Virus record (IMG/VR): IMGVR_UViG_2585427750_000031 | Strand: one strand, 5' to 3' | Source of the DNA: a virus | Lineage: Duplodnaviria; Heunggongvirae; Uroviricota; Caudoviricetes | DNA: 10,792 bases | Shown here: positions 1 through 5,257 of the stretch, piece by piece | Position numbering within the stretch: position 1 is the stretch's first letter | How the letters are laid out: every line of letters begins with the position of its first letter | Position numbers and translations under genes: made by a program | Notes under the pieces: model-generated | Told to the model about the DNA's origin: nothing | What the model saw: only the letters and a program-made list of their open reading frames with translations | The model's database searches: none

Positions 1-285
1 ACACGGCAGTTTGCCCGGATGTTGGGGCTTGAACCGAAGAACACGGCGGTGCGGAGTCCGGAGAGTAACGGCATAGCAGAGAGCTTCGTGAAAACGATAA
101 AGCGTGACTACATCAGTATCATGCCCAAACCAGACGGGTTAACGGCAGCAAAGAACCTTGCAGAGGCGTTCGAGCATTATAACGAATGGCATCCGCATAG
201 TGCACTGGGTTATCGCTCGCCACGGGAATATCTGCGGCAGCAGGCCAGTAATGGGTTAAGTGATAACAGGTGTCTGGAAATATAG
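1..285 (+). CDS. insD: IS2 transposase OrfB (InsD-like), C-terminal fragment; 5' end lies outside the window
   Basis: Frame 1 is open from base 1 (no stop before the listed Met at 19) to TAG at 283-285. The translation ...[20 protein letters not shown]...[18 protein letters not shown]... is a typical rve/DDE integrase-core C-terminus of IS3-family transposases. Confidence 0.8.
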   Translation, partial: TRQFARMLGLEPKNTAVRSPESNGIAESFVKTIKRDYISIMPKPDGLTAAKNLAEAFEHYNEWHPHSALGYRSPREYLRQQASNGLSDNRCLEI

Positions 286-296
286 GGGCAAATCCA
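256..296 (+). repeat. IS2 right terminal inverted repeat (IRR)
   Basis: Terminal ~40 bp of the element, ending TAGGGGCAAATCCA at 283-296. The exact inner boundary is approximate. Confidence 0.6.
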
Positions 297-537
297 ATAC
301 ACCAAAACTGAGTCAGATTCACGTTATGTGAGAGACATGCGGCTGGGCGGTGCATCTACATATAAACCAGCAAATAATGGTACTACATGGACGCATCAGG
401 CTCCGTCAGGTTGCGTATATACCGGCATTATTGTTCAGGATACCGGCTCAAACTCTGCCGATAACATTGGTGGCGTATATTACAGACCGGTGCAGAAATA
501 CATTAACGGGACATGGTATAACGTGGCGCAGGTATAA
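297..537 (+). pseudogene. H: 3' remnant of a phage tail-fibre gene (P2 H-like), truncated by the IS2 insertion
   Basis: Frame 1 stays open straight out of the IS2 end to TAA at 535-537. The translation (...GASTYKPANNGTTWTHQAPSGCVYTGIIVQDTGSNSADNIGGVYYRPVQKYINGTWYNVAQV) looks like a tail-fibre C-terminal receptor-binding region. It sits immediately upstream of a tail-fibre assembly gene, as H-G does in P2. Confidence 0.6.
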
Positions 538-540
538 TTT

Positions 541-1068
541 ATGCAGCATTTAAAAAATATTACGGCGGGGAATCCAAAAACGGTTGAACAATATCAATTG
601 ACAAAGGACTTTGATGTTGTCTGGTTTTTTTCAGAAGATGGTAAGAACTGGTACGAAGAACAAAAGTATTTTGCTGATGACACGATAAAAATAGCGTACG
701 ACAAAGATAATATCATCCACTATGTGGAAAAGGATGTGACAGCTATCAGACCGGATGGATTAAGTGTTGTTGAAGTGGCGGATATTACTGCTAACCGACG
801 GGCGGACATTTCAGGGAACTGGATGTTTAAGGACGGCAAAGTGATTAAACGCATTTATACGGCAGAGGAATTACAGCAGCAGGCAGAAATTCGGAAAGCC
901 AGACTTCTTGCAGATGCTGAATCCGTGATTTTGCCGCTGGAGCGCGCGGTCAGACTGAACATGGCAACAGATGAGGAGCGTAGCCGACTGGAATCATGGG
1001 AACGCTACAGCGTTCTGATCAGTCGTGTGGATCCTGCAAATCCTGAATGGCCGGAAATGCCGCAATAA
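541..1068 (+). CDS. G: Tail-fibre assembly protein (P2 gpG-like Tfa chaperone)
   Basis: 175-aa ORF. The C-terminal half (...[42 protein letters not shown]) is the characteristic conserved tail-fibre-assembly motif. Position directly after the tail-fibre gene. Confidence 0.9.
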   Translation: MQHLKNITAGNPKTVEQYQLTKDFDVVWFFSEDGKNWYEEQKYFADDTIKIAYDKDNIIHYVEKDVTAIRPDGLSVVEVADITANRRADISGNWMFKDGKVIKRIYTAEELQQQAEIRKARLLADAESVILPLERAVRLNMATDEERSRLESWERYSVLISRVDPANPEWPEMPQ

Positions 1069-1129
1069 GTTGTATGAACTCTTGTGTGAGCTTACATACC
1101 TATAGAACAGAGTAAAGCCTAATCTGACA

Positions 1130-1153
1130 GTCCGCTCTGTGCCAGGAGCGGAC
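1130..1153 (+). other. Stem-loop (8-bp stem GTCCGCTC / GAGCGGAC, 8-nt loop) about 60 bp downstream of G; possible end of the fibre operon transcript
   Basis: Perfect inverted repeat read directly from the sequence. There is no U-tract after it, so it is not a canonical intrinsic terminator. Confidence 0.25.
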
Positions 1154-1388
1154 ATAACGACACGTTAGTTAGAAATCTCAAGACCAATTAGGTTGGATAC
1201 TTACATGTATACTATTGCCTAACGATACTACCCTATCAACCTCATGGTTTATAGGCGGGGGGGAGAGCCAATCGAACGCTATCGTACGTTTTTATGCTGT
1301 CTACCCTAGACCCCAAGTAGACATGAATCTTACCTGATTTCCATACGAGGGCGACGTTGATCATCCAGCTTTAGTGCGAGCACTGAAC

Positions 1389-1417
1389 TTAACATTTACC
1401 AGCAATAGTGATATTTT
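1389..1417 (+). promoter_or_regulatory. Candidate sigma70 promoter for the cargo protease gene (TTAACA - 17 bp - TG-n-TATTTT)
   Basis: -35-like TTAACA at 1389-1394 and extended -10 TGaTATTTT at 1409-1417 with 17-bp spacing, in an AT-rich stretch about 45 bp upstream of ATG 1462. By-eye motif match only. Confidence 0.3.
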
Positions 1418-1461
1418 CTACAAAGAAAAATATATGGAATAACGTCATCGCGGGTACAAAA

Positions 1462-2454
1462 ATGACTATAAAAAAAACATATGTAACACCAACAGAAATA
1501 GTGAAATATTTTTATGACAAACCGGAAAACGATAACGTAAAAGAGAGAAAAACAATTGAGAGCCTGACCCGTCTCAAACCTGAGTGGGAAAATACTCTCG
1601 ATATGATGAAGTTAATACGCAATTGTGAAAAGCTAGCAACTGAAGGTATTTTAATGGAATTATCTTCAGGACATACTCTTTTGGACCGTTGCTATTTCGC
1701 ACCGAATTTCAATGAATCAGATGCGAAATATGGAAAGTATGATTTTATAGCTGATGGATTTGAGTCAATCATAGACCGCCTTAGTCCTTCCGTTTTACCT
1801 GTTGTTGTTGAAAAAAGTGATGGTTCACATGATCTTGGTACTAGTTTTATTGTTGGGAATAACCACACGATATTTACAGCCAGACATGTTATTGAAGACA
1901 TGAAGAGTATCAGGATACTTAGAGCTGGTGGTGAGGCTTTACCAATACATAAAATCTTTGTATCTAACGATGAACGTATTGATATCGCTTTAGTTTTCAC
2001 AACCATTCCGAATGAAGATAATATTCAACCACTTAAGGTCTCAACCAAAGCCTCGGTACTGGATGAAATTTTATCAATAGGATTTCCACCCATTCCAGGA
2101 TTTGATGCATTAAAGTTATATGACGTTTCGCATATAAATTCGTTTGTCCGACTGTCAAAGGGGCGAATTGTTGGTTCTGGTCACTCTTACTTAGATTCAC
2201 AAGACTTTTTATTATTCAATGCTAGGGTTAAGGGGGGGAATAGCGGTGGCCCTATAATTAACAAATACGGCTTTGTTGTTGGTATGCTTGTACAAATACC
2301 AATATCATCTGAGGACAGTTCAAAGATTGATAACCTTGGATATGGTATAGCTGTAACAGGAAAAAGCCTGCTGGATGCCATTACATTTACAGAAAATGGC
2401 CGCGAATTAACACTCACCGACCGAGGAAATGGAGAATATTCAACTCTAGCATAA
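1462..2454 (+). CDS. Two-domain protein: N-terminal domain of unknown function (~120 aa) plus C-terminal trypsin-like (S1 / chymotrypsin-fold) serine protease; candidate cargo/defence gene
   Basis: Long ORF (track 1408..2454). The C-terminal half carries an ordered His/Asp/Ser triad in the usual motifs: TARH(142)VIED, ERID(174)IALVF, GGNS(261)GGPII, numbered from ATG 1462. No N-terminal signal peptide and no PDZ domain. Start chosen at ATG 1462 because GTG 1408 overlaps the candidate promoter; 1408 remains possible. The gene is strongly AT-rich compared with the flanking phage genes. Confidence 0.8.
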   Translation: MTIKKTYVTPTEIVKYFYDKPENDNVKERKTIESLTRLKPEWENTLDMMKLIRNCEKLATEGILMELSSGHTLLDRCYFAPNFNESDAKYGKYDFIADGFESIIDRLSPSVLPVVVEKSDGSHDLGTSFIVGNNHTIFTARHVIEDMKSIRILRAGGEALPIHKIFVSNDERIDIALVFTTIPNEDNIQPLKVSTKASVLDEILSIGFPPIPGFDALKLYDVSHINSFVRLSKGRIVGSGHSYLDSQDFLLFNARVKGGNSGGPIINKYGFVVGMLVQIPISSEDSSKIDNLGYGIAVTGKSLLDAITFTENGRELTLTDRGNGEYSTLA

Positions 2455-2929
2455 ATGATATTATTAATTAAGTTGTACTAACTCAGTTTAAATGAATCAA
2501 GCATCCCCGTAACTTTGCCTGAAAAGGCTCATCGAGGGATGCACATTGTACGGATGTGTGAAAACTAAATCGGCTTTGTCACTTGGATTCGAGGGGAAAA
2601 CTGAACTGAAAGCGATAAAAACGTCTAAAAAATCGTTTCGCAGACAGATGCACCCGATTCAAGCCATTTTGAGGAAGGCTTTCTGCCTTTTATATTTATA
2701 TTAATCATAAGCTTATTCCATTGGTGTACGATATCGTGCTTTGCCCCTCATCTCCCAGATAACTAATTAGCCTTAAAATTACTCATGTGTTTCTGCCGGT
2801 TAAAATTATATGGTTTTCATTTACAATAGTCTCAAGTCCGCTCTTCGCTCAAAGCAGACTGTCAGATTTGATAGCATTTGGGCTATGTAAATTGTCAGGC
2901 GGAAAATGAGTGAGTACAAATCAGGACAG

Positions 2930-2957
2930 GCGGGCGAATTGCCCGCATTTTCTTTAT
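2930..2957 (+). terminator. Rho-independent terminator closing the cargo segment, upstream of the FI late promoter
   Basis: GCGGGC-gaatt-GCCCGC hairpin (2930-2946) followed by ATTTTCTTTAT. Confidence 0.5.
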
Positions 2958-2958
2958 C

Positions 2959-3030
2959 TGTTGTTTCATCCCCTGACCAGCCAGGTCAAATAGCGTCTCA
3001 TGCTCTGCACAACAGAAAATAGTTGCACCC
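2959..3030 (+). promoter_or_regulatory. Region expected to hold the Ogr-activated late promoter of the FI-FII-E-T-U-D operon (P2 PF equivalent)
   Basis: P2 synteny predicts a late promoter here. It contains a perfect dyad TGACC-agcca-GGTCA (2974-2988) and the distal pair TGTTGT (2959-2964) / ACAACA (3009-3014). I could not find an exact TGT-N12-ACA match, so the precise site is unresolved. Confidence 0.3.
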
Positions 3031-3051
3031 ATTAACCACGGAGTTAAACGG

Positions 3052-4242
3052 ATGAGTGACTATCATCACGGTGTGCAGGTGCTGGAGATTAACGACGGCA
3101 CCCGCGTCATTTCCACCGTATCCACGGCCATTGTCGGCATGGTCTGCACGGCCAGCGATGCGGATGCGGAAACCTTCCCCCTCAATAAACCGGTGCTGAT
3201 TACCAATGTGCAGAGCGCAATTGCAAAGGCCGGTAAAAAAGGCACGCTGGCGGCATCGTTGCAGGCCATCGCCGACCAGTCAAAACCGGTCACCGTTGTC
3301 GTGCGTGTGGAAGACGGCACCGGCGACGACGAGGAAACGAAACTCGCGCAGACCGTTTCCAATATCATCGGCACCACTGACGAAAACGGTCAGTACACCG
3401 GACTGAAAGCCCTGCTGGCGGCGGAGTCGGTAACCGGTGTTAAACCGCGTATTCTTGGTGTGCCGGGGCTGGATACCAAAGAGGTGGCTGTTGCACTGGC
3501 ATCAGTCTGTCAGAAGCTGCGCGCTTTCGGATATATCAGCGCATGGGGCTGTAAAACCATTTCCGAGGTGAAAGCCTACCGCCAGAATTTCAGCCAGCGT
3601 GAGCTGATGGTCATCTGGCCGGATTTCCTCGCATGGGATACGGTCACCAGTACCACCGCCACCGCGTATGCCACCGCCCGTGCGCTGGGTCTGCGTGCCA
3701 AAATCGACCAGGAGCAGGGCTGGCATAAAACGCTGTCCAACGTCGGGGTAAACGGTGTTACCGGCATCAGCGCATCTGTATTCTGGGATTTGCAGGAGTC
3801 CGGCACCGATGCTGACCTGCTTAACGAGTCAGGCGTCACTACGCTGATTCGCCGCGACGGTTTCCGATTCTGGGGTAACCGTACCTGCTCTGATGACCCG
3901 CTGTTCCTCTTTGAAAACTACACCCGCACCGCGCAGGTGCTGGCCGACACGATGGCTGAGGCGCACATGTGGGCGGTGGACAAGCCCATCACTGCAACGC
4001 TGATTCGCGACATTGTTGACGGCATCAATGCCAAATTCCGTGAGCTGAAAACAAACGGCTATATCGTGGATGCGACCTGCTGGTTCAGCGAAGAATCCAA
4101 CGATGCGGAAACCCTCAAGGCCGGAAAACTGTATATCGACTACGACTATACACCGGTGCCTCCTCTTGAAAACCTGACCCTGCGCCAGCGTATTACCGAT
4201 AAATACCTGGCAAATCTGGTCACCTCGGTTAACAGCAATTAA
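3052..4242 (+). CDS. FI: Contractile tail sheath protein (P2 gpFI)
   Basis: 396-aa ORF, the same length as P2 FI. GGAG Shine-Dalgarno 8 nt upstream. Gene order FI-FII-E-T-U-D follows. Confidence 0.95.
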   Translation: MSDYHHGVQVLEINDGTRVISTVSTAIVGMVCTASDADAETFPLNKPVLITNVQSAIAKAGKKGTLAASLQAIADQSKPVTVVVRVEDGTGDDEETKLAQTVSNIIGTTDENGQYTGLKALLAAESVTGVKPRILGVPGLDTKEVAVALASVCQKLRAFGYISAWGCKTISEVKAYRQNFSQRELMVIWPDFLAWDTVTSTTATAYATARALGLRAKIDQEQGWHKTLSNVGVNGVTGISASVFWDLQESGTDADLLNESGVTTLIRRDGFRFWGNRTCSDDPLFLFENYTRTAQVLADTMAEAHMWAVDKPITATLIRDIVDGINAKFRELKTNGYIVDATCWFSEESNDAETLKAGKLYIDYDYTPVPPLENLTLRQRITDKYLANLVTSVNSN

Positions 4243-4254
4243 GGAGCCTGACCG

Positions 4255-4773
4255 ATGGCAATGCCGCGCAAACTCAAGTTAATGAACGTCTTTCTGAACG
4301 GCTACAGCTATCAGGGCGTCGCGAAGTCCGTCACGCTGCCAAAACTGACCCGTAAGCTCGAAAACTATCGCGGTGCGGGGATGAACGGCAGCGCACCGGT
4401 AGACCTCGGCCTTGATGACGATGCGCTGTCAATGGAGTGGTCGCTCGGTGGCTTCCCGGATTCGGTTATCTGGGAGCTTTACGCCGCAACCGGTGTGGAT
4501 GCCGTACCGATTCGTTTTGCAGGCTCTTACCAGCGCGACGATACCGGCGAAACGGTGGCCGTCGAGGTGGTCATGCGTGGCCGTCAGAAAGAAATCGATA
4601 CCGGCGAGGGTAAACAAGGAGAAGACACCGAGTCGAAAATCTCCGTGGTCTGCACCTATTTCCGGTTGACGATGGACGGTAAGGAGCTGGTCGAAATCGA
4701 CACCATCAACATGATTGAGAAGGTGAACGGCGTCGACCGGCTGGAGCAACACCGCCGCAATATCGGCCTGTGA
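4255..4773 (+). CDS. FII: Tail tube protein (P2 gpFII)
   Basis: 172-aa ORF, the same length as P2 FII, directly after FI with an AAGGAG Shine-Dalgarno. Confidence 0.95.
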   Translation: MAMPRKLKLMNVFLNGYSYQGVAKSVTLPKLTRKLENYRGAGMNGSAPVDLGLDDDALSMEWSLGGFPDSVIWELYAATGVDAVPIRFAGSYQRDDTGETVAVEVVMRGRQKEIDTGEGKQGEDTESKISVVCTYFRLTMDGKELVEIDTINMIEKVNGVDRLEQHRRNIGL

Positions 4774-4780
4774 TTTTCAT

Positions 4781-4801
4781 CCGGTCAGCCTGGCTGACCG
4801 G
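4781..4801 (+). other. GC-rich stem-loop (9-bp stem CCGGTCAGC / GCTGACCGG, 3-nt loop) between FII and E; possible attenuator or RNA-processing element
   Basis: Perfect inverted repeat starting 8 nt after the FII stop. No U-tract follows, so it is not a canonical terminator. Confidence 0.35.
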
Positions 4802-4829
4802 TTAACCCCGATTCAGAAGTGAGAAAACC

Positions 4830-5105
4830 ATGAACAAAGAAAACGTCATTACCCTGGATAATCCGGTCAAGCGTGGTGAACAGGTTATCGAACAGGTCAC
4901 GCTGATGAAACCCAATGCCGGGACGCTGCGCGGTGTCAGTCTGGCTGCGGTCGCGAACTCTGAAGTCGATGCACTGATTAAGGTGCTGCCGCGCATGACG
5001 GCACCGATGCTGACCGAGCAGGAAGTCGCCGCGCTGGAACTGCCTGACCTTGTGGCGCTGGCCGGTAAGGTGGTCGGTTTTTTGTCGCCGAACTCGGTGC
5101 AGTGA
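4830..5105 (+). CDS. E: Tail assembly chaperone (P2 gpE)
   Basis: 91-aa ORF, the same length and position as P2 E. The slippery heptamer lies six codons before its stop. Confidence 0.9.
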   Translation: MNKENVITLDNPVKRGEQVIEQVTLMKPNAGTLRGVSLAAVANSEVDALIKVLPRMTAPMLTEQEVAALELPDLVALAGKVVGFLSPNSVQ

Positions 5106-5257
5106 CGTTTCCGAAAAATCTCTCGGTCGATGACCTGATGGCGGATGTGGCAGTGATATTTCACTGGCCGCCATCAGAACTGTATCCCATGAGCCTGACC
5201 GAACTCATCACATGGCGCGAAAAGGCGCTCCGGCGAAGCGGAAACACGAATGAGTAA
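4830..5257 (+). CDS. E': Tail assembly chaperone frameshift product E+E' (programmed -1 ribosomal frameshift at 5078-5084)
   Basis: After a -1 slip on T-TTT-TTG the reading frame is open from 5084 to TAA at 5255-5257 (57 codons: VAELGAVTFPKNLSVDDLMADVAVIFHWPPSELYPMSLTELITWREKALRRSGNTNE). That gives a 142-aa product overlapping the T start, as described for P2 E'. Confidence 0.75.
5078..5084 (+). promoter_or_regulatory. Slippery heptamer TTTTTTG for the E/E' -1 frameshift
   Basis: Six T then G at 5078-5084, in the E frame as T-TTT-TTG. Confidence 0.75.

Larger units (their letters stand above)
1..296 (+). mobile_element. IS2 (IS3 family) insertion sequence, right-hand portion; the element continues upstream of the window
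   Basis: Sequence ending ...GGGTTAAGTGATAACAGGTGTCTGGAAATATAGGGGCAAATCCA at 296 matches my recollection of the IS2 right terminal inverted repeat; it follows the in-frame C-terminus of an IS3-family DDE transposase. Identity is from memory, not a database hit. Confidence 0.8.

Noticed and set aside
119-553. ORFs 119..355 (-) and 350..553 (+)
   Set aside because: The first is antisense to the IS2 transposase C-terminus and crosses the IS end. The second is an alternative frame over the tail-fibre remnant; frame 1 (297..537) is the one continuous with fibre-like sequence.
1408-1461. GTG 1408 as the start of the protease gene
   Set aside because: No Shine-Dalgarno sequence, and it overlaps the candidate -10 element; ATG 1462 is preferred but 1408 is not excluded.
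1692-2417. Minus-strand ORFs 1692..2006 and 2187..2417 inside the protease gene
   Set aside because: Antisense to a 330-aa ORF with clear protease motifs; translations have no recognisable features.
2950-3040. Exact Ogr-binding TGT-N12-ACA late-promoter motif upstream of FI
   Set aside because: I looked for an exact match and found none; only dyads with other spacing are present, so I give just a low-confidence promoter region.
3066-3839. Four short ORFs (3066..3377 -, 3206..3406 +, 3502..3726 -, 3576..3839 -) overlapping the sheath gene
   Set aside because: All lie in alternative frames or antisense within the full-length FI gene; Arg/Pro/Gly-rich translations are typical of out-of-frame GC-rich sequence.
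4412-5174. ORFs 4412..4669 +, 4429..4752 -, 4785..5174 - and 4802..5164 - overlapping FII and E
   Set aside because: Alternative-frame or antisense ORFs within conserved tail genes, with no independent start signals. The genuine extra coding capacity here is the E' frameshift frame, which is annotated separately.
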